A stretch of 64,000 nt of DNA from Chitinophagaceae bacterium (GCA_049425065.1 JBMSWW010000001.1:954-64953), one strand, 5' to 3'; counted from the first letter of the stretch, positions 9,523 through 18,734 are shown. Notes: generated by a model from the letters alone, not told the origin. Numbers and translations are program-made.

Positions 9523-10719
9523 CTAGATAAAATTTAGTTTGTCGTAGTTAGCTTTTAAAATAGCCTGATCATCTGCTTTGAGCCATTTATGTAAGATAGT
9601 GGCATATACATTTTTGAAATCTACTTGAAATCGCAGATCTCCCTCCTCCAAATTAGACAAGTCAGGAAGGGCATTAAGAATTCCTTTCTCTTTCAAACCC
9701 CCGCTGATCAAGAACATATTATTGGCCGTACCATGATCAGTTCCTCCGCTGGCATTCTGCGCTACTCGACGCCCAAATTCAGAAAAAGTAAATAATAACA
9801 AATCATCAAATCGATGTTGCTCTTTAAGATCTTTTGTAAAAGCCATCACAGCGTCATTCAATTCTTTCAGTAATCGTTGTTGCTGTGCATGTTGATTCAC
9901 ATGGGTATCAAAACTTCCTAAAGACACATAATACACAGTAGTATTGATCTGAGAATAAATTAAGGAAGCAATTGTTCGTAAACTTTTACCAAGCTCCGTA
10001 TTCGGATAAGAGGCCTTAGTAGGACGAGCTTTACTCTCCGCGAATATATAATCGGCAGCACTCATGGTTTCACCGAGCGTTTTATACAAATAATCTACCG
10101 GTTGCTCTTCATAAGTAACTGAATGTGTGTTCAGCGCTCTGAAATATTTTTCATTAGCGGTCCCATACAATCGACGTGGATCTTTTAAGGCAATTCCTTT
10201 TACCTGCTCTCCCTTTAACGCTAAACTCAATACATCATCCAACTCTAAGGCTTGAGTAGGTCTATCACATCCCTTGCACTGGGCATCTAAATATCGTCCC
10301 AGCCAACCTTCGTTCCAGTATTCTCTAGATGAACTTGCGGTATGCCAGATATCCATACTTCTAAAATGCGAACGATCCGGATTGGGATACCCTACATTAT
10401 TTAAGATGGCTAAAGAGCCTTGGCTATATAACTCACGGAATCCTTCCAAGGCAGGATGAAGCGCTACTTCTTTCGTAAGCGTTACGGCCTCTGTCGCTTT
10501 CAACCCAAGCGTAGGTCTCGCGCGATAGTAAATATCGTTCTGTATTGGAATTACAGTGTTTAATCCATCATTTCCTCCACTTAGCTGAATCACTACCACC
10601 ACTTTATTACCAGATGGCACTACCCCAGTACCCTCAAAGGCCTTAAGAAACTTAGGCAGCAACAAAGAGGCGGTTGCTAAGGACCCTACTTGTAAAAACT
10701 CTTTTCTTTTGATCAGCAT
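9523..10719 (-). CDS. DUF1501 domain protein with a Tat-like signal
   Basis: KRKEFLQ N-terminus; QLSGGNDGLN, RSHFRS, FDTH, SEFGRR and GTDHG motifs; downstream of DUF1800. Confidence 0.88.
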   Translation of the reverse strand: MLIKRKEFLQVGSLATASLLLPKFLKAFEGTGVVPSGNKVVVVIQLSGGNDGLNTVIPIQNDIYYRARPTLGLKATEAVTLTKEVALHPALEGFRELYSQGSLAILNNVGYPNPDRSHFRSMDIWHTASSSREYWNEGWLGRYLDAQCKGCDRPTQALELDDVLSLALKGEQVKGIALKDPRRLYGTANEKYFRALNTHSVTYEEQPVDYLYKTLGETMSAADYIFAESKARPTKASYPNTELGKSLRTIASLIYSQINTTVYYVSLGSFDTHVNQHAQQQRLLKELNDAVMAFTKDLKEQHRFDDLLLFTFSEFGRRVAQNASGGTDHGTANNMFLISGGLKEKGILNALPDLSNLEEGDLRFQVDFKNVYATILHKWLKADDQAILKANYDKLNFI

Positions 10720-10738
10720 AGCATTGAATTAAACTGGA

Positions 10739-12163
10739 TCAGCAAAGTTGATACTCTGGCATACTCATTACATGGAGTGCATAACTGCGAATAAAACTTT
10801 CTCGGGAACGCTGATCGGCAAAAGGAATAATCAAATCGGACCCCTTGCGAACAGGCGTTTGTAACAAATACGTCTGAATAATACCAGGTAATTTGTCTCG
10901 TGTAGTATTTTTCAACGCTGAGAAAAAAAGATCCCAATTAGTAGTGGCACCTACCAATTGAAGAAACACTTCTCCCCTTTTACCCAAGCCCATCATCACA
11001 TCATCATCATCTTTGGCTCCTATGTTGAACTCATCGGCACTAGTGAGCAATAGAGGAACTCGCATGCGAAGCAATAAAGAAGAACTGTCAATCCAGTTTT
11101 TTCCACCAGGCCATCCGGCTACATTGGGAGGGTAAAAAAGAACTTGCCCGAGGGCTCGCTGCAATAACAAAACAGCTTCTTCGCGTTGTAATTCCAAAGG
11201 CACCATTCTGCGAAATCCAACGATCAACTCCACAGGCGATTTAATCAAGGATCCAATGTAACGTGGAGTATAAAACCAGTCTGACAAAAAAATAGACTCT
11301 AGTAAGGGCATTATCTGATACCCACTTTGATAAAAGTTCGAGGCTAATTTTTCTATCTTGGATTCATCCGGAGTATCATTTACTAAAAAGCGCCAGAGTT
11401 TTCTTGTAATAAACCGGGCTGTTTCTTTTTGTTCTAATAAAAGTTGTAAAACATCCTCGCCTTGAAAGTTTCCTTTTCGGCCCAATATCGTTTTGACTCC
11501 TGTATCGTGCTGAAACCGTCTGAAAATAAATTCTCCCGAGGGTAGAGCCGACCATCCGGTAAAAGCACGGGCCGCTTCTTTAATGTCCTTTTCTGTGTAG
11601 TGCCCTCTTCCCATTGTGAACAACTCCATCACCTCGCGGGCAAAATTTTCATTCGGATGATCTTTTCGGTTTTGTTGGTTGTTCAGAAAATTGATCATCG
11701 CACCTGATTGAGAAACAGCTCGTAAGAGATCTCCAAAATTTCCCAACCCCTTTTCTCGAATGATATTGATCAACTGTTGTTGATGCACCAAGTTCTGCGT
11801 CCGACAAGCAAAATGCCCATGCCAGAAAAAAGCCATCTTTTCACGCAGCTGTTCGGATGAATTAATCATCGCATACATCCAAGTGAGATTCAATTGACGA
11901 ATTCCCTCTCTGCTTAATTGCTGACGTTGCTTACGCTCTTCGGCCGTCAACTCTTTTCGTCTGCCAGTCATTGGATTGCCCATCTCCTCTTTCAAGGTTG
12001 AAGGAATTACATCCAAGGGAATAGGAGTTCCGGCGGATGCTTTTTGCAAGGAAGCAAAATACTGTTTCGGAGTAAAGCGAGATAGATCAGGCAATTGCTC
12101 TACGGCAGGACCAAAGCCGGCCCTCCAGAGCAAATGTTGATTGTGAATTGAATTTTTTTCCAT
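10739..12163 (-). CDS. DUF1800 domain protein
   Basis: HLLWRAGFG, LREKMAFFWHGHFA, PNENFAREVMELFTMG, ARAFTGW and PPNVAGW motifs. Confidence 0.9.
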   Translation of the reverse strand: MEKNSIHNQHLLWRAGFGPAVEQLPDLSRFTPKQYFASLQKASAGTPIPLDVIPSTLKEEMGNPMTGRRKELTAEERKQRQQLSREGIRQLNLTWMYAMINSSEQLREKMAFFWHGHFACRTQNLVHQQQLINIIREKGLGNFGDLLRAVSQSGAMINFLNNQQNRKDHPNENFAREVMELFTMGRGHYTEKDIKEAARAFTGWSALPSGEFIFRRFQHDTGVKTILGRKGNFQGEDVLQLLLEQKETARFITRKLWRFLVNDTPDESKIEKLASNFYQSGYQIMPLLESIFLSDWFYTPRYIGSLIKSPVELIVGFRRMVPLELQREEAVLLLQRALGQVLFYPPNVAGWPGGKNWIDSSSLLLRMRVPLLLTSADEFNIGAKDDDDVMMGLGKRGEVFLQLVGATTNWDLFFSALKNTTRDKLPGIIQTYLLQTPVRKGSDLIIPFADQRSRESFIRSYALHVMSMPEYQLC

Positions 12164-12177
12164 GGAATGCCTTTGTC

Positions 12178-12204
12178 AGACTTGAAAAGGCAAACGAGGT
12201 TTAA
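12178..12204 (-). promoter_or_regulatory. Putative ECF-sigma-type promoter upstream of DUF1800
   Basis: The minus strand reads TTAAACC...GTCT, with 17 nt between AAC and GTCT, about 15 nt before the ATG. No canonical TAnnTTTG in this gap. Confidence 0.35.
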
Positions 12205-12208
12205 CAAA

Positions 12209-13480
12209 CTAGTTAATAATTTCAGTACCCATATAGGAGTGTAATACTTTCGGTAAACGGATTCCTTCAGGTGTCTGATTGTTTTCCAACAAGGCTGCTA
12301 CAATTCGGGGTAAGGCCAATGAACTTCCATTCAGGGTATGTGCCAGCTGAGACTTTCCTTTTTCGTCTTTAAACCGAAGTTTTAAACGATTGGCTTGAAA
12401 AGATTCAAAATTACTTACCGAACTCACCTCCAGCCATTTTTGCTGTGCCGCACTGAATACTTCAAAATCATAGGTAAGCGCAGAAGCAAAACTCATATCG
12501 CCGCCACATAGACGCAGAATGCGGTAGGGTAGTTCCAAACTTTTCAATAAGCCCTCTACATGCACCACCATTTGATCTAACACCTCGTAACTTTTTTCCG
12601 GATGCACAATCTCTACAATCTCTACTTTATCAAATTGATGAACACGGTTAAGTCCTCTCACATCTGATCCAAAACTGCCGGCCTCTCTGCGAAAACAAGC
12701 AGAATAAGCTGTCATACGAATAGGCAGTGAGCTGGCCGCAACAATCTCATCTCTATAAATATTGGTCACAGGCACTTCGGAAGTTGGAATCAAATAGAGA
12801 TTATCCAATTCCATGTGATACATCTGCCCTTCTTTATCCGGTAACTGGCCTGTACCATACGCAGACGCTTCGTTCACTATAAGCGGTGGCAAGTATTCTG
12901 TATAGCCGGCATTGGTATTGACATCTAAAAAATATTGAATCAGGGCGCGCTGGAGTTTAGCGCCTTTCCCTTTGTAAAGAGGAAATCCGCTACCCGTGAT
13001 TTTGGCACCTGTTTCAAAGTCAACTAGGTTATATTGCTTGATCAGTTCCCAATGAGGTTGAGCATTAGCCGATAATGAAGGAATTGTTCCGCCCTCACGA
13101 ATGGTTACATTATCAGCCGCCAGTTTCCCTTGCGGCACAATCTCTGCAGGTAAATTGGGGAGACGAACTAACTCTTCTTGAAGTTTTGCTTCCACCACCG
13201 CCAATTGTTCGGCTAGGGGTTGAAGTGAAGTTTTCAATTGGGCTACTTCTAGTTTACGAGCTTCCGCATCTTCCTTTTGCCCTTTGCCCATCAACATCCC
13301 TATCTCTTTGGAAGCAGTATTGATCTGCGCTTGAATAGTATCTGTATCTAATTGTATTTTTTTACGCTGATCATCCAACGAAATGATCACCTCCACTATT
13401 TCTGGATTTGCAAAATGTTTTTTGACCAGGCGGGCTTTTACCGCTGCGGGATCTTGTCTGAGTTGCTGTAACGTAAGCAT
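12209..13480 (-). CDS. serS: Serine--tRNA ligase
   Basis: YLIPTSEVP, FRREAGSFG, GLNRVHQF, EVSSVSN and HTLNGS motifs. Likely true start MLTLQQLR at 13480, because the ORF extension to 13537 runs over the promoter. Confidence 0.97.
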   Translation of the reverse strand: MLTLQQLRQDPAAVKARLVKKHFANPEIVEVIISLDDQRKKIQLDTDTIQAQINTASKEIGMLMGKGQKEDAEARKLEVAQLKTSLQPLAEQLAVVEAKLQEELVRLPNLPAEIVPQGKLAADNVTIREGGTIPSLSANAQPHWELIKQYNLVDFETGAKITGSGFPLYKGKGAKLQRALIQYFLDVNTNAGYTEYLPPLIVNEASAYGTGQLPDKEGQMYHMELDNLYLIPTSEVPVTNIYRDEIVAASSLPIRMTAYSACFRREAGSFGSDVRGLNRVHQFDKVEIVEIVHPEKSYEVLDQMVVHVEGLLKSLELPYRILRLCGGDMSFASALTYDFEVFSAAQQKWLEVSSVSNFESFQANRLKLRFKDEKGKSQLAHTLNGSSLALPRIVAALLENNQTPEGIRLPKVLHSYMGTEIIN

Positions 13481-13490
13481 GTAACCGATT

Positions 13491-13538
13491 TGTGGCAAAG
13501 ATAACTCCTGGGAGCGTCTACCCGTTATCTTTGCCACA
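13491..13538. promoter_or_regulatory. Symmetric bidirectional promoter (perfect 15-bp inverted repeat containing TATCTTTG on both strands)
   Basis: TGTGGCAAAGATAAC (13491-13505), 18-nt spacer, GTTATCTTTGCCACA (13524-13538). Confidence 0.75.
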
Positions 13539-13882
13539 TGTTAGCGAAAGATGATTTACAACAACGCTGGTGGAATCTGGAGGCTAAATTAGTAGAGCGA
13601 TTCGGAAAAAAGCCTGACCTCGAAACCGTTTTATTTTTAATTGGCATTCAGGAATTCGGAGACATCAAAGAGCAATTTACCAAAGAGCAGAAGCAAGACC
13701 TGATGCATGTAGCCGTTTGCAGTCTTTTATCAGAGAGCGGCTACTATGAGTTGGACCGTGTGGATGAAGATGGATGGCCGCATTTTAAACAATTAAAATC
13801 GCTTCCTGAACTCAATGCCATTGAGCAGGAAAATTTTATTAAAGACCACGTATTACTGTATTTTGAACAAAAAGAATTTTAA
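13538..13882 (+). CDS. Hypothetical protein
   Basis: 114 aa with LFLIGIQE, KEQKQDLMHVAVC and DEDGWPHF; preceded by TATCTTTG 4 nt before the ATG. Confidence 0.8.
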   Translation: MLAKDDLQQRWWNLEAKLVERFGKKPDLETVLFLIGIQEFGDIKEQFTKEQKQDLMHVAVCSLLSESGYYELDRVDEDGWPHFKQLKSLPELNAIEQENFIKDHVLLYFEQKEF

Positions 13883-13883
13883 G

Positions 13884-14582
13884 ATGAAGAAATTTCTTTT
13901 GCTATCGCTACTTGCCTTTTTTATCGGAGAATCGGCCATGTCACAAGCCGATAGCATTATCAAAAAAAGAGACCGTAAAAAAGATATATTACTGGAGACC
14001 TCCAAAGGAAATATCCATATTCGCCTTTCCAATGAAACCCCTCTCCACCGAGACAATTTTATCAAGCTGGTGAAAATGCACTACTACGACGGTATCTTGT
14101 TTCATCGGGTAATTGAACGATTCATGATTCAAAGTGGAGATCCCGACAGTCGAACAGCCCGTCCCGGTCAACCGCTCGGAGAAGGAGGTCCCTCATACAC
14201 CATTCCGGCAGAATTTCGTCCCAACCTGTTTCATAAAAAAGGGGTGATTGCCGCCGCAAGAGATAATAACCCCGAAAAAGCAAGTAGCGCCAGTCAATTC
14301 TATTTGACCCAAGGAAAAGTATTCACGGAAGCCGGACTAGACTCTTTGGAAACGAATCGACTGAAAAGAAAAATTCCTGTTGAACATCGTAAGGTATACA
14401 CTACCCTGGGAGGCGTTCCGCACTTGGACCAGAACTATACGGTATTTGGAGAAGTAGTAAAAGGACTTTCCGTCGTAGACAGCATTGCCGCTGTGCCCAC
14501 CAGCAAGGGAGCCGATAAAGACCGACCCCTGGAGGATGTAAAAATTATCAAGGCAAAACTAGTAAAACGGAAGAAAGGTTGA
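13884..14582 (+). CDS. Cyclophilin-type peptidyl-prolyl cis-trans isomerase with signal peptide
   Basis: FHRVIERFMIQSGDP, SASQFY and PHLDQNYTVFGEV motifs. Likely start MKKFLLL at 13884. Confidence 0.92.
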   Translation: MKKFLLLSLLAFFIGESAMSQADSIIKKRDRKKDILLETSKGNIHIRLSNETPLHRDNFIKLVKMHYYDGILFHRVIERFMIQSGDPDSRTARPGQPLGEGGPSYTIPAEFRPNLFHKKGVIAAARDNNPEKASSASQFYLTQGKVFTEAGLDSLETNRLKRKIPVEHRKVYTTLGGVPHLDQNYTVFGEVVKGLSVVDSIAAVPTSKGADKDRPLEDVKIIKAKLVKRKKG

Positions 14583-14631
14583 TTAGGAATTCGGCCTTTA
14601 TTAGTAGGTTTGCCATCCTAAATAATACTCT

Positions 14632-15009
14632 ATGAGTTTTCCGGCCAATCTACGTTATACCAAAGAGCACGAATGGATCTCTTTGGAAGGCAATATTGCT
14701 ACCATCGGCATTACTGACTATGCGCAGCGCGAACTCGGCGATATTGTATTTGTAGAAGTAGACACCATTGGTAAAGCACTGGAAGCAGGGGCTGTATTTG
14801 GTACCGTAGAAGCGGTAAAAACTGTATCTGATCTTTTTCTTCCTGTAAGTGGCACCATCAATGAATTGAATCCTTCCCTGAGCAGTGCTCCTGAGCTGGT
14901 GAATAATGACCCTTATGGTGAAGGCTGGATGATCAAAATGACAGTCAACGATCCTGCAGAAGTTGCCTCATTATTAGATGCAGCAGGTTACGAGTCATTA
15001 GTTGGCTAA
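14632..15009 (+). CDS. gcvH: Glycine cleavage system H protein
   Basis: YTKEHEW, GITDYAQRELGD, EAVKT (lipoyl-Lys) and NNDPYGEGW motifs. Confidence 0.97.
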   Translation: MSFPANLRYTKEHEWISLEGNIATIGITDYAQRELGDIVFVEVDTIGKALEAGAVFGTVEAVKTVSDLFLPVSGTINELNPSLSSAPELVNNDPYGEGWMIKMTVNDPAEVASLLDAAGYESLVG

Positions 15010-15018
15010 GCAAGTCCC

Positions 15019-15456
15019 TTGAAAAAATTATTGATTCCCTTTACAATCAGTATTGCATGGCTGGTGATTACTACCACCTTGCTGATACTGCCTTCTAATA
15101 ATTTGGAAGAAAGCGGAAGATTTTTACGGTGGTTACAATCATTGGGATTAGATCTAGATCTCAAAGAACTGGAACCCGATAAGTGGATTCACGTGCTCCT
15201 TTTTTTAATCATGGTTAGTTTATGGTGCTGGGGGTGGGCAGAATTAATAATTTCCTACGAAAAGAAAATAGCATTGTTTATCGCCACAACGCTGGTTTGG
15301 TTATCCTATGGCATTGCCATGGAATTCGTCCAGGATGCCCTGCGCAATGGTCGCACCTATGATGTAAAAGATATGATCGCAGATGGCATAGGATGTGTAC
15401 TCGGTCTATCGATCAGTTTGATCCTTTTCAGAAAGAAATTAAGGCAAGAAGCATAA
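15019..15456 (+). CDS. VanZ family membrane protein
   Basis: DKWIH, YGIAMEFVQ and GRTYDVKDMIAD motifs; follows gcvH. Confidence 0.82.
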   Translation: MKKLLIPFTISIAWLVITTTLLILPSNNLEESGRFLRWLQSLGLDLDLKELEPDKWIHVLLFLIMVSLWCWGWAELIISYEKKIALFIATTLVWLSYGIAMEFVQDALRNGRTYDVKDMIADGIGCVLGLSISLILFRKKLRQEA

Positions 15457-15542
15457 GCAAAAAAGAGACCCCTGTAGAAACAGGGGTCGCAACCAAAACT
15501 AACTGCTTATGAGAAAAATGAACGTGTATTATTGTCGTTCAA
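15457..15542 (-). ncRNA. Candidate small regulatory RNA
   Basis: GCAAC-N16-CGTTA upstream, 5' hairpin TGAACG/CGTTCA, unstructured core TTTTTCTCATAAGCAGTTAGTTTTGGTT, then the terminator. No long ORF in this 145-nt gap. Confidence 0.55.
15459..15488 (-). terminator. Rho-independent terminator (minus strand)
   Basis: Perfect 9-bp stem GACCCCTGT/ACAGGGGTC (15467-15488); the A-run at 15459-15464 is the U-tail on the minus strand. Confidence 0.85.
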
Positions 15543-15547
15543 ATATC

Positions 15548-15573
15548 TAACGTGAAGTTAGCTCAGAAGTTGC
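15548..15573 (-). promoter_or_regulatory. Putative ECF-sigma promoter for the candidate sRNA
   Basis: The minus strand reads GCAAC-ttctgagctaacttca-CGTTA, i.e. AAC and CGT separated by 16 nt. Confidence 0.45.
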
Positions 15574-15601
15574 GGACCCTTTTGTTAAATAAATCGAAAA
15601 C

Positions 15602-16666
15602 TTATTGCTGTTTTGTTAATTTCTCCGCGTTTTCTGCAAACTGAAGTGCTTCTAGGAGTTCCTGCACTTCTCCATTTAAAACGGCATCCAAATTATACAG
15701 CGTAAGGCCTATTCGGTGGTCGGTAACCCGGCCTTGAGGAAAATTATAGGTACGAATTTTAGCACTCCGATCACCTGTGCTAACCAAGCTTTTACGATGT
15801 CGGGCAATCTCATCTTCCTGTTTGCGCACCTGCTCTTCATATAATTTGGTACGCAACATATTCATCGCCTTTTCCCGGTTGGCCAACTGCGATCTTTCCG
15901 TTTGACAAACCACTACCGTACCGGTAGGGATATGCGTTAACATCACCTTGGTTTCTACCTTGTTCACGTTCTGTCCTCCTGCACCTCCGCTTCGGGCAGT
16001 CTCCATTTTTACATCGGCAGGGTTCAATTCAAAATCGAGCTCCTCGGCCTCCGGCATCACCGCCACGGTGGCTGCCGATGTATGAACACGCCCACTGGCT
16101 TCGGTATCAGGAACCCGCTGCACTCGGTGAACACCACTTTCAAATTTTAGCGTGCCGTATACATCATCCCCGGTCACCTCCAATTGTACTTCCTTGTAAC
16201 CCCCTACGGTTCCCTCATTTTCACTAAGAATAGCAGTTTTCCAACCCTTGCGATCACAATAGCGCATATACATACGCAAAAGGTCGCCGGCAAAAAGACT
16301 GGCTTCGTCCCCTCCTGTACCCGCTCTGATTTCCAAAATCGCATTCTTTTCATCCTGTGGATCCTTTGGAATCAGCAATTGACGGATATGCGCTTCTTGT
16401 GTTTCCTTCTCTGCTTCCAGAGCTGGCGCTTCCATCTTGGCCAGTTCGCGCAACTCCTCATCAGATCCGGCCAGGGCTTCTTTGTAAAAAGCCATATCAT
16501 CCAATAATTTTTGATATTGGAGATAGGCCTGAACAATTTTCTCCAGGCTCCGGTATTCCTTGCTGGTTTCGGCGAACTTTTTATTATTGCCCACGATATC
16601 AGGATTGGTGAGGGCTACTCCCAACTGATCGAATCGTGCTTTGATGGCTTCCAGTCTGTCTAGCAT
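15602..16666 (-). CDS. prfA: Peptide chain release factor 1
   Basis: GGQ motif, [11 protein letters not shown] (PxT anticodon loop), [15 protein letters not shown]. Confidence 0.97.
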   Translation of the reverse strand: MLDRLEAIKARFDQLGVALTNPDIVGNNKKFAETSKEYRSLEKIVQAYLQYQKLLDDMAFYKEALAGSDEELRELAKMEAPALEAEKETQEAHIRQLLIPKDPQDEKNAILEIRAGTGGDEASLFAGDLLRMYMRYCDRKGWKTAILSENEGTVGGYKEVQLEVTGDDVYGTLKFESGVHRVQRVPDTEASGRVHTSAATVAVMPEAEELDFELNPADVKMETARSGGAGGQNVNKVETKVMLTHIPTGTVVVCQTERSQLANREKAMNMLRTKLYEEQVRKQEDEIARHRKSLVSTGDRSAKIRTYNFPQGRVTDHRIGLTLYNLDAVLNGEVQELLEALQFAENAEKLTKQQ

Positions 16667-16681
16667 AACTTATTAGGAGCG

Positions 16682-16704
16682 CAAAAGTAATAAGAATAAT
16701 TTTG
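16682..16704. promoter_or_regulatory. Back-to-back -7 promoter elements for prfA and the amidohydrolase
   Basis: CAAAAGTA at 16682-16689 (TACTTTTG on -) and TAATTTTG at 16697-16704 (+), the latter 4 nt before ATG 16709. Confidence 0.65.
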
Positions 16705-16708
16705 GAGT

Positions 16709-17884
16709 ATGTCGCTGAAGAAATATAGTGCCCACCAACTATTTACTGGAACTGAACTACTGTCTAATAAAGTACTACTCACCCAAGAGGACGGAACCAT
16801 TGAAGCGATAGTGGATCGTGCAGAAGCAGGAGAAGAAATTCAGGAATTTGACGGAATTCTATTGCCGGGTCTCATCAATTGTCATTGTCATTTAGAGTTG
16901 AGTCATTTGAAAGACGTGATTCCTCCCCATACCGGACTCATAGAATTTCTTTGTTCTGTAGTCACTAAAAGGGGGTTTGATCCTGCGGTAATTCAAGAAC
17001 GAATTGCAGCCGCAGAGCGAGAAATGTTTAATAATGGCATTGTAGCCGTTGGAGATATCGGGAATACAGCAGATACCGCCTTCGTTAAATCTAAAAGTGA
17101 AATTCACTGGCAAAATTTTGTGGAAGTACTCAGCTTCACCGACGAAAAGGCGGAAGAAAACTTCAACCATTTTCAGTTACAACTTGAATCCTTAGCTACG
17201 GCTATCCAGCAGGCTCCTGCACCTAATAGAACTACACTGGTGCCACATGCTCCTTATAGCATCTCTCCCAAAACCTTTACAATGATCAACCAAGCAACTG
17301 CTGGACAAATTATCTCTTTACACAACCAAGAGCACCCGGCAGAGAATGATCTTTACGAACATGGCGGCGGAGAGTATTTGCGATTTTTCAAGATTTTCGG
17401 CTTGGATAGATCCCCTTTCCCGATTACTGGACTTTCTAGTATTCGCTCTGTACTTCCTTACTTTAATCAAGGGCAGACGATTTTTCTGATCCATAATACC
17501 AGTATGAGCGAAGAAGATATTGTATGGGCGAATAAATATGCAAAACAGCAAGGCCTTCAATTGGTCTATTGTCTTTGCATTAACGCCAACTTGTATATTG
17601 AAAATAAAGTGCCGCCCGTAGAGATACTGTTGAAACATAATTGTCATATTGTGTTGGGCACAGATAGCTATAGCAGTAATTGGCAATTGAGTATTGCTAA
17701 AGAAATAGCCGCTGTGCAACAACATTTTCCGCAAGTTCCCTTATCCACTATTTTACAATGGGCCACGCATTCAGGAGCTACAGCTCTCCAATGGCAGAAC
17801 CAATTAGGTTCTTTTGAAAAAGGAAAAAAACCTGGCCTTGTTTTATTGAATGAGAAAGAAGGAACCTCGCTACGGATTGCCTGA
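16709..17884 (+). CDS. Metal-dependent amidohydrolase (nucleoside deaminase-like, e.g. aminodeoxyfutalosine or MTA/SAH deaminase group)
   Basis: PGLINCHCHLELSH, PHAPYS, HNQE and LGTDS motifs. Confidence 0.8.
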   Translation: MSLKKYSAHQLFTGTELLSNKVLLTQEDGTIEAIVDRAEAGEEIQEFDGILLPGLINCHCHLELSHLKDVIPPHTGLIEFLCSVVTKRGFDPAVIQERIAAAEREMFNNGIVAVGDIGNTADTAFVKSKSEIHWQNFVEVLSFTDEKAEENFNHFQLQLESLATAIQQAPAPNRTTLVPHAPYSISPKTFTMINQATAGQIISLHNQEHPAENDLYEHGGGEYLRFFKIFGLDRSPFPITGLSSIRSVLPYFNQGQTIFLIHNTSMSEEDIVWANKYAKQQGLQLVYCLCINANLYIENKVPPVEILLKHNCHIVLGTDSYSSNWQLSIAKEIAAVQQHFPQVPLSTILQWATHSGATALQWQNQLGSFEKGKKPGLVLLNEKEGTSLRIA

Positions 17885-17886
17885 TC

Positions 17887-18633
17887 TTATTGGAGAATGG
17901 CTCGTAGCACCGGTAAAGTTTTTAATCCGGTAAAGTCTTGGATATGGAGTTGATAATATTGCTCCATGATCTGTAACACTTGCCTTCTGGCCTCCTGATT
18001 CATCTTAATTTCTTTCAATTCTGAAGGATGGCGGGCGCTCAAGAGTTCCATACAATATTCTACTGCCTTTCCTTCTGCCACCAAAGGATGGGTAGGCATT
18101 GAAGAGTCAATCACAGATTCTTTCAGGTCAAAATAGTAGGGCTCGCCATCGGTAATCACTCGAGGAGAAATACCAAAAAAATAAGCAAGGTGCAAGGAAA
18201 AAAACAAGGCCATATTCGCACGTACTGACGGATCACTTTGATCTAAGGCAAGCAAACAATCTTCTGTAAACTGAAACAAGGGTGTGTTCTCTTCGGGCTG
18301 ACGCAGGCATTTTGTGAGTAACTCTATCATATAGAGCGCTATGGCATTTTTAGTAACATCTGAAAAAATACCCTCATACAAATGATCCCAGTGAAATTCT
18401 TTGAGTCGATGCAAGTGTTTATTCTCTTGGTGGTAGACCACCAAGTCTAGTAGAGCCGCGGGTTGAAAAAGATTCGCTTTCCCGCTTCCTTTTTTGGTGG
18501 CCTTTCTTACTCCGTTCACCAAATAAGACTGAATACCAAAAAGCTCAGTGAACATCGTTACCACCAACGAGGTTTCTCCATACTTCACGGTGCGCAGCAC
18601 AATCCCTTTTGTCTTAAATAGTTTTATTCCCAT
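17887..18633 (-). CDS. recO: DNA repair protein RecO
   Basis: TKGIVLRTVKYGETSLVVTMFTELFG N-terminal OB fold; C-terminal LKTLPVL. Confidence 0.92.
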   Translation of the reverse strand: MGIKLFKTKGIVLRTVKYGETSLVVTMFTELFGIQSYLVNGVRKATKKGSGKANLFQPAALLDLVVYHQENKHLHRLKEFHWDHLYEGIFSDVTKNAIALYMIELLTKCLRQPEENTPLFQFTEDCLLALDQSDPSVRANMALFFSLHLAYFFGISPRVITDGEPYYFDLKESVIDSSMPTHPLVAEGKAVEYCMELLSARHPSELKEIKMNQEARRQVLQIMEQYYQLHIQDFTGLKTLPVLRAILQ

Positions 18634-18734
18634 GGCCGTTGTGCAACAATACTAAAATTTGAGCAGCCTCCTTAAAAACATATGAAGCCCGGTCATTTTT
18701 GCTTTTCTTTGCAGCAACCCAATCTGTTTATATT

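Noticed and set aside
13481-13537. N-terminal extension of SerS in the ORF track
   Set aside because: It runs across the promoter inverted repeat; MLTLQQLR at 13480 fits a normal SerS start.
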